A stretch of 64,000 nucleotides of DNA from Candidatus Levybacteria bacterium RIFCSPHIGHO2_02_FULL_40_18 (GCA_001782235.1 MFOC01000007.1:13094-77093), one strand, 5' to 3'; positions 9,595-20,328 are shown, counted from the first letter of the stretch. The notes: a model not told the origin generated them from the sequence alone. A program made the numbers and translations.

Positions 9595-9996
9595 TTAAAA
9601 CTTTTTTTTACCTTTTAATGTTAAGACGCTCGAGGTAAGCATTTTACAGATCTGATCCAACTCCAACAAAAGTTCCTCACATTGAGGTTTCAATTCTACA
9701 TAAGAATCTCGAAGTAAAGATAACCAGTAGCGGGATTCGTTTCCTGATTTTAGAGATATTGTGTAGTAGTTAATAAAGTCTTTTCTTGAACTAGCTGACT
9801 TGGCTTCTATCAAATTTGCTCCTATCGAAGTTGATGATCTTAATAGTTGATCACCTATTGACCAAAAGGCCCGTTTGTTGGGTAGATTATTGACGAATTT
9901 TATTATTTCGATTGAAAAATCATAAGTTCTAACTCTTAAATCAGAAGATTTTGAGTTGTAGTTCTGAGTTTTGAGTTCTGAGTTTTGAGTTCTCAT
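9595..9996 (-). CDS. four helix bundle protein (TIGR02436 / 23S rRNA IVP-like)
   Basis: DQLLRSSTSIGANLIEA, SRKDFINYYTISLKSGNESRYWL; N-terminus encoded by a heptamer repeat. Confidence 0.92.
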   Translation of the reverse strand: MRTQNSELKTQNYNSKSSDLRVRTYDFSIEIIKFVNNLPNKRAFWSIGDQLLRSSTSIGANLIEAKSASSRKDFINYYTISLKSGNESRYWLSLLRDSYVELKPQCEELLLELDQICKMLTSSVLTLKGKKKF

Positions 9997-10922
9997 AGGA
10001 GTTTCATCTGATTCTGCTTTTTGGTCTCTTCTTTTTTTACAAATACCTCGTCCACTCTTTTTGGTAAAGTCTTAAATTCAAATTCTTCGAGTGCATTTTT
10101 AAAGGCGCCGATATCAATTTTTTGCGTCTTGCAGTCTTTTAAATTACAAACGAATGGAACATCTGTCACAATTGCGGCAAGTTTTTTTCCTAAAGTTGCC
10201 GCTTCTGCCCCATCAATTAATTTTTGAGCTAAAGCCTTATTTTTCACGGCAATATCATCGAGGTGTTTATAAATATTGTCGACAGTTCCGTAGTCGGCAA
10301 TTAAATTCGAAGCAGTTTTTGGACCAACTCCCGGTACTCCCGGATAATTATCGGACGGATCACCGGTCAGCGCTTTTAAATCTACGAATTGTGAAGGATC
10401 AACGCTATATTTTTCTTTTACGTCGGCATTATCCAAAAGTTTTACTTCTGAAATACCTTTAACAGGCATTAGCACAAAAGTATCTTGATCAACCAATTGA
10501 AGCATATCTCGGTCCCCAGTTACTATATAGGTAAAAATCCCTTGTTTATTAGCGGCTTCGGACAGCGTACCGATTACATCATCCGCCTCATATCCGTCCA
10601 CTCCTACTTCCTGAATTTTTGCCTTATGTAAAATGTCAATAATTGCCTCGTATTGGGAGGATAAATCCGATTCCATTTTTGGGCGCTGGGCTTGATAGCC
10701 TACATAAAGTTGTTTCCGAAAAGTAGGTTTTGCCCTGTCAAAGGCAACCACAATATATGCGGGTTTTAATTGCTGGATAAGTTTTAGAAACATTGCAAAA
10801 AATCCGTGAATTGCGCCTGTCGGAATACCCTTAGATGTTGTAAATGGGGGCATTGCGTGATAGGCGCGGTGGACAATTGCCGGCCCATCCACAAGCAAAA
10901 AAACATTGCGCTTTTTTTCCAT
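9993..10922 (-). CDS. stand-alone 5'-3' exonuclease (DNA polymerase I N-terminal domain)
   Basis: LLVDG, RAYHA, EADDVIGT, GDRD, GDPSDNYPGVPGVGPKTA; no polymerase domain. Confidence 0.92.
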   Translation of the reverse strand: MEKKRNVFLLVDGPAIVHRAYHAMPPFTTSKGIPTGAIHGFFAMFLKLIQQLKPAYIVVAFDRAKPTFRKQLYVGYQAQRPKMESDLSSQYEAIIDILHKAKIQEVGVDGYEADDVIGTLSEAANKQGIFTYIVTGDRDMLQLVDQDTFVLMPVKGISEVKLLDNADVKEKYSVDPSQFVDLKALTGDPSDNYPGVPGVGPKTASNLIADYGTVDNIYKHLDDIAVKNKALAQKLIDGAEAATLGKKLAAIVTDVPFVCNLKDCKTQKIDIGAFKNALEEFEFKTLPKRVDEVFVKKEETKKQNQMKLL

Positions 10923-11055
10923 GCGAACATTATAGCAAGAAAAATAAGAAAAGCGCATTGATAATTGATTATTTATTATTGATTATTGAGATTATATTGG
11001 ATTATTGGAAATTGGTAGTATTGGTAATATTTGAAATTCCCAGGAGGGAGAACTG

Positions 11056-12870
11056 AGGGTGCGGGGTAGATGTGTGTTCGTCATGAAGACGAGAATGTTG
11101 CTTGCGCAACCACACAGCTACCGCCGCACCTTTCCCGATTGAATCGGGACTCAGTCTGCGAAGACCTTCAAGCTTACGCAATCAGGCCTTTTCGCCTTGT
11201 TCAGGACGAACCTGAAGCGTTAACGAGGGCGCAAAGAGCCGCCGTCACGTGTTCAGGAAATTCGTCCCAGACGAAACCCCTAAGGGTCACTTCGTCCGTT
11301 AGCGACGTGCGAACTTTAGGGTCGCGACGCCGGCGAGGGCGAGGGCGAAGGCGAAGGCTATGGCACCAGCGATGCCAAACAGGACCGAGCTGTTGCCAGC
11401 GTCGGCCAGGCCAGCGTCACCGGCGAAAGCCGTGGACGTGTTCAGCGACAGCACCGAGATTGCTATCACGCTGATAAACGCCACAATCGCCAAAACCGGC
11501 CTGCTGAACGTAATCACCGACCTTCCGATGAAGGCGCTCATGCCGATGCCATGGAGTACTCTTCTCATGGTGTTGAGTCGTAGCAGTCGCAGTCGTCGCG
11601 ATGACGATGTCGGGTCGTGAGCTACGATGTAGAGTACGCCGATGGCGGCCAGTACGAGCAGGCTTGTTGCCAGGATGACGGCGGTGGTCGTTTCAGAGTC
11701 CATCAGGGCGACGACGGTGTTGCCGCCTGTTTTGACCACTGCCTGGTCGTACACGTCGCCTACTGCGATCGGGACCGCTTCTAGCGTGTCCGGGACCGAG
11801 TCAGTCGCCGCGTACATCGTTGTCGTGGCCGGTGGGTCGTGTCCGAGCTTCAGTCCGAAGAGACCGAAAGCTCCGAACGCTACGAGGAGAGCGGCGATAA
11901 GGCCGATCACCCCAAGCTTTCTGTCTTTCACGGCGGTTCCTCCTGTTGTCCTTCTTTGGAAGGATCTTGCCGGGTTTCTCTCTTGGCTTCGTCTCTGCCC
12001 CAGGGCACGTAGGTCCCCGATGGTTTCCCTAACGCGAGGTCTCTCCTTTTGTGCTCTGGCGGTCCCGTTACCCCCTCCTTTACCTTGAAAGGATGATTAT
12101 TGGAAGGCCCAAGATGCGGACGGCGGGGATCCCGCGCGGGGGTGTCCGTATCATTCGGCCGTAACTTTTGATGGAGACGCAGATTTCGCCCAGCCCCAGA
12201 CACTGCATTCCCGTGACAGAAGCAACGTACTCGAACTGCTCGTGCGTCTCCACCTCTCAAGACCAGCTTTTATTCGATAAACTTCTCCTTTCCAGACTAT
12301 CGTGCTTACCGATAAAATATGGTAATCTCCTGTGCCTTGCCGTCCTCGGCCGAGAATCGCAGCTACGAACAAGGCTCCAAGAGAATTATTGGCCATGGGG
12401 GGGCATACTGCTTTGTCGCATTTCGCGGGCGAGGAGATTTGCAACTTCGGCAGAAGTGTCCCCATGGGGAGGCCCACTGAGTTCGCAGCCGGAGGTGGGG
12501 CCTCCAAAAGGCGGAGCGAAAACTCCTTAGCGTGATGTAGCGGGCGGAAAGACTACGATAGCACGCGAGGAGTGTAAAGGCTTTTATTTTCTTCTTTCGA
12601 ATTGATATTCGACTGTGAACCCTATGTAGTAACCGACAATTGACATTTGACAACTGACAATTGACAATTGACAAATTGTTGCACAGGATTCACAGCCGAA
12701 CTATATGCACCATGCTTTTAGGTGCATGCTACCAATTCCAAAAGAAGTTTACCCCGTTAGAAAATTTATTTTCTAATCGGGCTTCGCAGACTGAATTTTC
12801 AAAGAGCAAAGCATTTGTCTAAATAAATAACGCGCATGCAAAAAGCGCTTATTATTAGGACAATGCTAAT
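11056..12870 (-). ncRNA. putative long structured transcript, island 1, containing one ORF
   Basis: Promoter, boxA-like motif, perfect 13-bp inverted repeat 12782-12794 / 11151-11163, many GC-rich hairpins; family unknown. Confidence 0.5.
11299..11931 (-). CDS. GC-rich multi-pass membrane protein of unknown function
   Basis: AGGAGG 7 nt before GTG; about four hydrophobic segments. Confidence 0.75.
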   Translation of the reverse strand: MKDRKLGVIGLIAALLVAFGAFGLFGLKLGHDPPATTTMYAATDSVPDTLEAVPIAVGDVYDQAVVKTGGNTVVALMDSETTTAVILATSLLVLAAIGVLYIVAHDPTSSSRRLRLLRLNTMRRVLHGIGMSAFIGRSVITFSRPVLAIVAFISVIAISVLSLNTSTAFAGDAGLADAGNSSVLFGIAGAIAFAFALALAGVATLKFARR

Positions 12871-12905
12871 ATTTGAAGTATATACCCGAATAAAACGCGT
12901 TTCAA
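12796..12905 (-). promoter_or_regulatory. sigma70 promoter plus boxA-like antiterminator
   Basis: TTGAAA(12905-12900)-17 nt-TATACT(12882-12877); TGCTCTTTGAAAA at 12808-12796. Confidence 0.7.
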
Positions 12906-12954
12906 GTGGAATTTCGATGTATCTTCCTAATCCCTAGTATCTAGTCACTATTTG

Positions 12955-15174
12955 CTAACTTTGGGGTTTTCGGCCGTATCTCTCTTTAGAGTGGCGAATT
13001 ATTGCTTCTCGGTTTTCGTTTTTTACGGCAGGTAATGGCAAAGTAGTTGCCGGAAAAGGCGCAGAAGTCATACCATCAATCGATAGTTTCATAACCGTTT
13101 CATACTTTCCAAGCGAAACCAAATCATTCTCCGTATAAATTTCGGCAAATTCTTTTGTTAAAAGCTCCGCATCGTGCGCTCCGACGACGAAAGAAACCAG
13201 TGTCCCAACGTTTCCATAAATCGCATATTGTACATCCTCTTCAAGCTGGTCAGAGTATTGATTTGCTAAAGTTAAAGACAGGCGGTATTTTCGGGCCTCA
13301 GACAGTATTTTTATAAAAGAGGTGGTGGCAAAATTTTGAAACTCATCAACGTAAAGGAAAAAGTCGCGCCGAGACTCTTCTTTTTGAAAAGATCGATTCA
13401 TAGCGGCCAACTGAATCTGAGTAATTACCATGGCGCCTAAAAGCGCAGCATTGTCTTCACCTAATTTCCCTTGAGCTAAATTCAAAATCAAAATTTTCCC
13501 CTCATCCATTATTTGCTGCAAGTTAATGGAGGATGTGGGGTGCCCAATAATGTTTCGAATCATTCTTGATGATACAAACTGTCCAACTTTGTTCTGAATC
13601 GGGGAAACTGCCTCTGCTTTTAATTTATCTGGCATCTTGGCAAATTCTGCCTCCCAAAAGTTGCGAAGTACAGGATCAGAAAGTTTTGATACCACTTTTT
13701 GGCGAAAGGCTTGATCTGAAAGAATTCGAAGCGCATCAATTAAAGTACCCTCTTCTATATCAAGAAGAGTAAGGATTACGTTTCGCAAGATATACTCAAG
13801 TCTCGGACCCCATGACTCTCCATATATCTTATGGAAAATCGAAACAATCCCAGACGAAACTAAGTCTTTGTGCTGTGAATTATGAATCTCTAAAACATTT
13901 AAAGAAAACGGCCGCGTGACGTCAAACGGCTCAAGATAGACAACATCATTAAGTCTTCTTTTGGGGATAAAATCTAAAATGATCTCGGATAAATCTCCGT
14001 GCGGATCAATTATCCCAATCCCGCGATCCTTTCTTATGTCATCGATTGCCATGTTGGCAATGAGAGTTGACTTCCCGGCTCCTGTTTTTCCGATAATATA
14101 GACGTGTTTTCGCCTGTCAGGCGTTTTTATCCCAAAAATGGTATCCTGATTTTTAAATTCGGTTTTGGCAAAAAAATTAATATCCTTTTTTTCTTCCTCT
14201 GAAACATTTGTTATTGCGGGAAGATTCTCGGGCGGCTCACCCAAAAGCGTCTTACCCCATGCAACATTCTTAATCCCCGCAAGTAAAAACCCGGGAGGAT
14301 GCCAGATTGTTGCAAGTTCGGCAGCATTTAAAACTTGGTTTTTCCGCTCCAAAAAATTTACGGACCGATTCTTTATCCGAGCAAGCAGTTTTTTTTTGTT
14401 AACCGAAAGGAGGGGTTTTCTAAAAACAAATTGATTCCCCTCACCTAGAGAAAAGCTTCCAAAAGTTCCAGCCAAATTCTGCATATAGGCACGTGCATTG
14501 GGATCGTCCGAGCCAACAACCAAACGAATCACTGCCTTTCCCCCCTGAAACCCGGCTTTTTGCATCATGCGAAGCTTCTGCGGGTTTTGCGCGTATCGAA
14601 TTGTTGCACCCATGGAACTTTCACCTGTTGTTACATCTTTGACTGTCTGCTGATGAGTATCTTCAAGTAAATGCCCTGCCATTTCAACCGCCTTGTCCTG
14701 CCAGGCAAAACTTGCGGGTTTTATAACTATTTGGACAGCCATCCTGACAGTTGAATCTTGTTTGGCTAAAAAACCAAGGAGGGAGGAGAGCGGATCTACA
14801 TCCTGAAGGTCCACGTATGTTTTTATAGGAAGATAAGAATAAGAATTTAAAACCATTTCGCCAACCGCAATGTGTTTTGATTCAAGAACTTTCTCCATTG
14901 GATCATCTGTCCGCATAATGTTAGATTTTGGAAAGGATGAGGCAATCAAACTTGTCACAAGGGTCTCATTCTCAGAAAGTGTCGTGACATAGAAATACAC
15001 GGTTTGTCCAATCAGGTACACCTCAAAGGCGTGAGATTTTGGGTGAATATAAACTCTTTTCCACAAAGGTATATAAGGATAGGGCAGAAGAGATGAAAAG
15101 ATTTGGGTCGCAGCCTCAATCGGCGTTTCATCATCTTTTGGGTTTCGTACTAATAAATGCGCGAAATCATTCAT
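12955..15174 (-). CDS. VirB4/TraD/HerA-like P-loop ATPase (CPR-type)
   Basis: GKTGAGKST, IDPHGD, YVDEFQNF, SEARKY. Confidence 0.88.
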   Translation of the reverse strand: MNDFAHLLVRNPKDDETPIEAATQIFSSLLPYPYIPLWKRVYIHPKSHAFEVYLIGQTVYFYVTTLSENETLVTSLIASSFPKSNIMRTDDPMEKVLESKHIAVGEMVLNSYSYLPIKTYVDLQDVDPLSSLLGFLAKQDSTVRMAVQIVIKPASFAWQDKAVEMAGHLLEDTHQQTVKDVTTGESSMGATIRYAQNPQKLRMMQKAGFQGGKAVIRLVVGSDDPNARAYMQNLAGTFGSFSLGEGNQFVFRKPLLSVNKKKLLARIKNRSVNFLERKNQVLNAAELATIWHPPGFLLAGIKNVAWGKTLLGEPPENLPAITNVSEEEKKDINFFAKTEFKNQDTIFGIKTPDRRKHVYIIGKTGAGKSTLIANMAIDDIRKDRGIGIIDPHGDLSEIILDFIPKRRLNDVVYLEPFDVTRPFSLNVLEIHNSQHKDLVSSGIVSIFHKIYGESWGPRLEYILRNVILTLLDIEEGTLIDALRILSDQAFRQKVVSKLSDPVLRNFWEAEFAKMPDKLKAEAVSPIQNKVGQFVSSRMIRNIIGHPTSSINLQQIMDEGKILILNLAQGKLGEDNAALLGAMVITQIQLAAMNRSFQKEESRRDFFLYVDEFQNFATTSFIKILSEARKYRLSLTLANQYSDQLEEDVQYAIYGNVGTLVSFVVGAHDAELLTKEFAEIYTENDLVSLGKYETVMKLSIDGMTSAPFPATTLPLPAVKNENREAIIRHSKERYGRKPQS

Positions 15175-15324
15175 AGGTTCATTATATATTAAGTATCAGA
15201 AATTGGAAATTAGTTATAAGAAGTTAGAAATTGGTAATAGAAATTTGAAATTGGAGAATGGTAGCTATCTAATTTCTGTTTTCCAGTTTCCATTACTACT
15301 CTCCATTTTCCAATAACCATTTTC

Positions 15325-17166
15325 TTATTTGATACCTCTGGTTCCTTTCATTATTGCTTCAAATTCATCTCCTTCAAGAGTCTCTTTCAAAAGAAGTTTC
15401 CCTGCAACTTTATCAAGCTTTGATCTATTTTGTTTTAATATTCTCTGCGCATTTTTATAGGCTTCATCGATTATTCTTCTAACCTCCCCATCAATCTTTG
15501 CTTGCATCTCAGGAGAAATTTGGGTAGCTTCCCCAAACATTCTTGAGCGTTCAATCTCATAGCTTACTGGTCCAAGCTTACTCATTCCAAATTCTGATAC
15601 CATAGTTCTTGCTACTTGAGTTGCCTTCTCAATATCATCCGCAGCGCCCGTTGTCATCTCGGAAAATATCAATTCTTCAGCGGCCCGCCCACCTAACATT
15701 GTCGCAATCTGCTCAAGCAGTCTTGTCTTTGTTTCATGAACCCTATCCTGCGCAGGAGGAATCAACGTGTGACCAAGGGACAGGCCGCGGCCGACTATCG
15801 AAATTCTGTGGACCGGGTCTGTGTGGGGCATAAAGTAAGAAACCAGCGCGTGGCCGGACTCGTGATACGCCGTAATTTTTTTATCCTCCTCTGACTGCAT
15901 TCTCTTTTTCTCGGGCCCAAGCTTAACTTTGGTTGCCGCTTCCTCAATATCTTCCATGTCTATCTGCTTTTTTTCAAAACGCGCAGCCAAAATGGCCGCT
16001 TCATTAAGCATGTTCTCAAGGTCAGCGCCAGAATAGCCAACAGTGCGTCTTGCGACTTTTTCCCAAGAAACAGAGCTTGTAAATGGTTTTCCTTTAGCAT
16101 GAATTGCAAGAATTTCCTTTCGACCCTCAATATCTGGCAATGTAAGTGCGATTCTTCTATCAAAGCGGCCGGGGCGAATAAGAGCCGGGTCTAAAATATC
16201 GGGCCTATTGGTTGCAGCGATAACAACTAGTTGTTCGTTTGGAGTAAATCCATCCATTTCAACAAGGATTTGATTCAAAGTTTGTTCGCGTTCATCATGA
16301 CCTCCCATTATTCCAACGCCGCGCTGCCTGCCTATTGCATCAATCTCGTCAATAAAAATAATCGCAGGTTGTGATTTCTTAGCCGTCGCAAAGAGATCTC
16401 TGACCCTGCTTGCGCCGACACCTACCAACATCTCCATAAACTCAGATCCGGCAATTGATATAAAGGGAACTTGGGCCTCACCGGCCACACAGCGCGCCAA
16501 TAATGTTTTCCCAGTTCCGCTTGGGCCTACGAGGAGAACGCCCTTTGGAGTTCTTGCTCCCATAGCGCGGTATTTCTCCGGGTGTTTCAAAAAATCAACA
16601 ATCTCCGTCAATTCCTGCTTTGCCTCCTCAACCCCCGCAACGTCAGCGAATGTACTTTTGGGAAAGTCTTTATTAAATAATTTTCCGCGGCTTGAGCCAA
16701 AAGAAAAGATATTCTCCTGTGCTCCTCTTGCCTGGCGAAAAATAAAGTAGAAAAAGGCAATAATTAAAAGTACCGGCAGGAAGGATGATAGAACATTAAT
16801 CCAGGCATTTACCGAAGCCTCATCTCGAACATTAATTTTGATAGTTTGGAGATCAACTTCCGCGTTTTTTAGAACTTCATATAAAGATGTACCTGTTTCT
16901 TTATAAGATACGGCCTTGCCTCCGTTTTTGTATAAAATTTCAATCTTTGAATCTGAAACTGTTACATCTTCTACCTTTTTATCTTTAATATCTTGAATCA
17001 GCTTTGAAATAGGAATATTTTGGCCGCCGCCGCCGCTTGTGAATTCTCCAATCCCCATCATTAAAAATAATAAAAAGAAGAATAAGAATCCGTAGAGAAG
17101 AAGATCTTTCCAGGTAAATCTCAAGCCAAATTTTGTCCTTTTGCCGTTTCTTTTCCTGCCGTTCAT
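15325..17166 (-). CDS. ftsH: ATP-dependent zinc metalloprotease FtsH
   Basis: Two TMs, [26 protein letters not shown]. Confidence 0.97.
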   Translation of the reverse strand: MNGRKRNGKRTKFGLRFTWKDLLLYGFLFFFLLFLMMGIGEFTSGGGGQNIPISKLIQDIKDKKVEDVTVSDSKIEILYKNGGKAVSYKETGTSLYEVLKNAEVDLQTIKINVRDEASVNAWINVLSSFLPVLLIIAFFYFIFRQARGAQENIFSFGSSRGKLFNKDFPKSTFADVAGVEEAKQELTEIVDFLKHPEKYRAMGARTPKGVLLVGPSGTGKTLLARCVAGEAQVPFISIAGSEFMEMLVGVGASRVRDLFATAKKSQPAIIFIDEIDAIGRQRGVGIMGGHDEREQTLNQILVEMDGFTPNEQLVVIAATNRPDILDPALIRPGRFDRRIALTLPDIEGRKEILAIHAKGKPFTSSVSWEKVARRTVGYSGADLENMLNEAAILAARFEKKQIDMEDIEEAATKVKLGPEKKRMQSEEDKKITAYHESGHALVSYFMPHTDPVHRISIVGRGLSLGHTLIPPAQDRVHETKTRLLEQIATMLGGRAAEELIFSEMTTGAADDIEKATQVARTMVSEFGMSKLGPVSYEIERSRMFGEATQISPEMQAKIDGEVRRIIDEAYKNAQRILKQNRSKLDKVAGKLLLKETLEGDEFEAIMKGTRGIK

Positions 17167-17303
17167 CTGAATAGAAAATTATACCACGCTTTGATTCAAA
17201 ATCAAAGCTACAAGTCTCCAGTTTCCATTTTCCACTCGCCAATTAATTTATCAATTGTTGAATTAGATGATTAATTGGAAATTGGTAATTGGAAATTGGA
17301 AAT

Positions 17304-17540
17304 TTAAGGGACGGGATCCCAGCCTCCTTTTGCGAAGGGGTGGCAGCGGATAATGCGTTTAAAACCTAAAATCGAACCCTTTGCCACTCCATATTTTTCT
17401 ATTGCCTGGTAAGTATAGTCGGAGCAGGTAGGGGAATATCGGCAGGCCGAATCAACCAGAAACAATGTTTTTAAAATGCCTTTCCGAAAACCAATCGTCT
17501 TCTGATAAAACCGAATAGCATTAAGAGCAAATTGTTTCAT
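17304..17540 (-). CDS. yidD: membrane protein insertion efficiency factor
   Basis: CRYSPTCSDY, RIIRCHPF, GGWDPVP. Confidence 0.95.
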   Translation of the reverse strand: MKQFALNAIRFYQKTIGFRKGILKTLFLVDSACRYSPTCSDYTYQAIEKYGVAKGSILGFKRIIRCHPFAKGGWDPVP

Positions 17541-17580
17541 TTTCTAGCAATTTTAGCACAAAAATACGATAATTAAATTC

Positions 17581-17889
17581 GTGAAATACAAATCGGTCAT
17601 CGGAAAAACTATCGAATTAACAAATGAAAGGAAAAACTACTTTCTTGTAAGACACGCTGGGCTTAGATATCATTTCTCAAAAGTTAAGAGCGTGCTTACG
17701 GAACCTGATGAAATAAGATATAGTAAGCGAGATAATAAAGTGTTGTTATTTTATAAGTTCTTTGATAAGATACTAAGCGGAAAATATATCGCAGTCGTTG
17801 TAAGAGTGAACCGGAGAAGCTTTATAATTACAGCCTACATTACTGACAAGGTAAAAATTGGTAAAAAATATGAGCAAACAAAAAACTAA
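17581..17889 (+). CDS. putative BECR/RelE-like nuclease toxin
   Basis: Small basic protein, LTEPDEI, FIITAY; overlaps a DUF2283-like gene. Confidence 0.6.
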   Translation: MKYKSVIGKTIELTNERKNYFLVRHAGLRYHFSKVKSVLTEPDEIRYSKRDNKVLLFYKFFDKILSGKYIAVVVRVNRRSFIITAYITDKVKIGKKYEQTKN

Positions 17890-18112
17890 AAAAACATTAA
17901 ATTTTTTCTACGATAAGGAGGCAGACGTTCTCTATGTTTCTCGTGGCAAACCCGCGGCTTCCGATGAATCTTCAGAAACAGAGGACGAAGTTGTAGTTAG
18001 AAAAAATCCCAAAACAGGCGAGATAACAGGCCTTACGATAATTAATTTCTCGAAAAGAAGCTCTAAATCGGATTTAAAACTCAATCTCCCTTTTGATCTT
18101 TCATTCCGCTAA
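17870..18112 (+). CDS. DUF2283-family putative antitoxin
   Basis: YDKEADVLYV...GEITGLTI pattern. Confidence 0.8.
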   Translation: MSKQKTKKTLNFFYDKEADVLYVSRGKPAASDESSETEDEVVVRKNPKTGEITGLTIINFSKRSSKSDLKLNLPFDLSFR

Positions 18113-18189
18113 TAAAACCGACTAGACTTTGAAATATTTCGTTTGATCGCCAAATTTGTCAATTTGTTAATTCGTCAAATTGTTAATTA

Positions 18190-18471
18190 TTAAACTGAGG
18201 GTTTTTGTTCGAATTCTGAAAAAGTCTCAGACGGCTCCTGCCATTCTATTGCGGTATCTCGAACCTCTGCCAAGAACGGCCCTTTCTCACAAATCTTGAC
18301 GAACTTTTCAAGCGTTTTCTTATCAGACGATTGAACCACAACTTCTACCCTATTATCCGAAAGGTTACGAACCCATCCAGTAAGTCCTAGTTTTTCTGCT
18401 TCACGCCGAACAAACGCGCGATATCCAACCCCCTGAACAAACCCGGAGACCAATAGGTAAACTTGCTTCAT
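18190..18471 (-). CDS. acyP: acylphosphatase
   Basis: GFVQGVGYR, GWVRN. Confidence 0.95.
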   Translation of the reverse strand: MKQVYLLVSGFVQGVGYRAFVRREAEKLGLTGWVRNLSDNRVEVVVQSSDKKTLEKFVKICEKGPFLAEVRDTAIEWQEPSETFSEFEQKPSV

Positions 18472-19445
18472 CTAAGACCCATCTTCTCACGCACTTCTGC
18501 GACTGTTTCTTGCGCAACTTTTCTTGCTTTTTCCGCGCCTTCACGAATCACTCGATCAACATACTCCGGATCTTTCTCAAGCTCTGCTCTTCTTTTCTGA
18601 ATTGGTTCAAGCTCACGATAAATCGCTCCCGCCAGCTTTTCTTTAATTTCCGAATACCGCACACCTGTTGTTTTATATAATCTTTCTAATCCTTCTCTTT
18701 CTTCTAACCCCTCGAACAACTCAACAAATTCCATAAGCGTCTTAACTCCACCAACAATCTCCGAACCCTTTCCTGCGTCTGTTGGGATTTTGGCGATCTT
18801 TGATTTTATAATCGGAAGATCGTCAGTTAAATTAATATACGAGCCCTCAACCGTTTTACTCATCTTCCCTTCTCCTGTAAGCGAAGGGATATACTCGCCT
18901 TTTGTTGCAAACCTTTTTGGTTCGGGGAAATCAGTTCCGTATTCTTGGTTCATCCGCCGCGCAATCTCCCGCGTAACTTCGAGATGAGGCTCCTGATCTA
19001 TTCCAACCGGCACAAGCGAAGCTTTATAAATAAGAATATCCGAAGCCATCAAAACAGGGTAGTTCAAAAGCGCCATGGTCACGTTTTCCGGATACTGCTT
19101 AACTTTTTCTTTGAATGTAGGCAAATGCTGCATTTTTGCAACTGTTGTGACTGTAGAAAATAGATATGCTAGTTCAAGATGTTCGGGGACATGCGATTGA
19201 ACAAAAAGGACGCTCTTTTTAGGATCGAGCCCTGCCGCCAAATAGTCAATAATTACATCTCGAACGGATTGCGAAAGCGTGTTTTTATCATACGGCGTAG
19301 TCAAAGTGTGTAAATCCGCCACCATATAGAAGGTTTCGTATTCGGGGTTCTTCTGAAGTTCAAGCATACCCTTAACCGCACCAAGATAATTCCCAAGATG
19401 CAATCTCCCCGTAGCCCTGATTCCTGACAATACTCTTTTTTTCAT
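18468..19445 (-). CDS. trpS: tryptophanyl-tRNA synthetase
   Basis: HLGNY, YPVLMASDIL, VPVGIDQ, KMSK. Confidence 0.97.
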   Translation of the reverse strand: MKKRVLSGIRATGRLHLGNYLGAVKGMLELQKNPEYETFYMVADLHTLTTPYDKNTLSQSVRDVIIDYLAAGLDPKKSVLFVQSHVPEHLELAYLFSTVTTVAKMQHLPTFKEKVKQYPENVTMALLNYPVLMASDILIYKASLVPVGIDQEPHLEVTREIARRMNQEYGTDFPEPKRFATKGEYIPSLTGEGKMSKTVEGSYINLTDDLPIIKSKIAKIPTDAGKGSEIVGGVKTLMEFVELFEGLEEREGLERLYKTTGVRYSEIKEKLAGAIYRELEPIQKRRAELEKDPEYVDRVIREGAEKARKVAQETVAEVREKMGLR

Positions 19446-19461
19446 ACCCGCTAATTTTATT

Positions 19462-20165
19462 TCATTTATTGACCTTCTGCAACAATGCTCTTGCTAAAAT
19501 CTCTAGAGAATTAAAAACTGGCATATTAAAATCGGAAGAGAAAACCAAAGGTAATTCAGTGCACCCCAAAATAATCCCCTCCGCTCCTCGCTTCTTAAGG
19601 GCAAGGACAATTTTTGTCAAAGTTTTACTATCTTTTTCGTCTACTTTCCCCGCCAAAACCTTCCTAATTACACCCTCTATTAAGTTTAATCGCTGACTGA
19701 AGGAGAAATAAGACGAATATTAGACTTGCTTAGCGGCTTACTGTAAAGGCCGGAGCGCAAAGTAACCGGGGTTCCCATTATCCCTATCTTTTTTAATTTC
19801 GAATTTTTCACGTTCACTCCAACTTCTTCAATCATTGAAACAAAAGGAATGGAAATAGTCTCTTGCAATTTTAGGAGAAAAAGATGAGCTGCATTACAAG
19901 CGATAGATATTTTTTTTATTTTTGCAGCTTCAAATATCGCTATTTTATCTTTTAGAACCCTAAAAGCCTTTTTTGTTTTCTTCTTGTCTGAACTCAAATC
20001 ATCTATGGGTTCGGATATGAGAACGATTTCCGGAAAATCATCTCCATTTTTCGCACCAAATTCTTTAGCGGACAAATCCACAATTAGCTTCACCAAATGG
20101 GCTGAGGCTTGAGGTCCCATTCCACCTATAATCCCAACTGACGTTTTTAAATTTATATTTTTCAT
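19462..20165 (-). pseudogene. Asp/Glu racemase family gene, frameshifted near 19686
   Basis: GIIGGMGP and ACN in the 5' ORF, LGCTELP in the 3' ORF; a single frame change joins them. Confidence 0.8.
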
Positions 20166-20176
20166 AATTTAGACAC

Positions 20177-20328
20177 AAAAAAACTCGCCGGTTGGCGAGC
20201 TGTTTTTAGAAATTTGAAATCGATGCACAAACACTCTCCAACCGAAAGGTTAGTTAGCTTTGTACCAATAAGATTTCATGAATTTCATGTTCTGAAAGAA
20301 TTATAGCTTCGGGAGACTTATTTGTCAA
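20177..20328 (-). promoter_or_regulatory. promoter, leader peptide MKFMKSYWYKAN and transcription attenuator
   Basis: TTGACA-17-TATAAT; uORF 20288-20250; terminator CTCGCC-AACC-GGCGAG-T7; alternative pairing with 20244-20234. Confidence 0.75.

Noticed and set aside
9595..9996. Diversity-generating retroelement
   Set aside because: Only an Avd-like fold is present; there is no reverse transcriptase or TR/VR pair with adenine-specific mismatches in the window.
11070..12674. Overlapping ORFs of 67-148 aa in island 1 other than 11299-11931
   Set aside because: No SD or recognisable motifs, and they overlap one another; long open frames are expected in GC-rich DNA.
11056..12870. Island 1 as rRNA, RNase P RNA, tmRNA or a group I intron
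   Set aside because: I found no universal rRNA motifs, no GAGGAAAGUCC, no tRNA-like ends and no properly ordered P7 pair on the transcribed strand. An Rfam scan is still needed.
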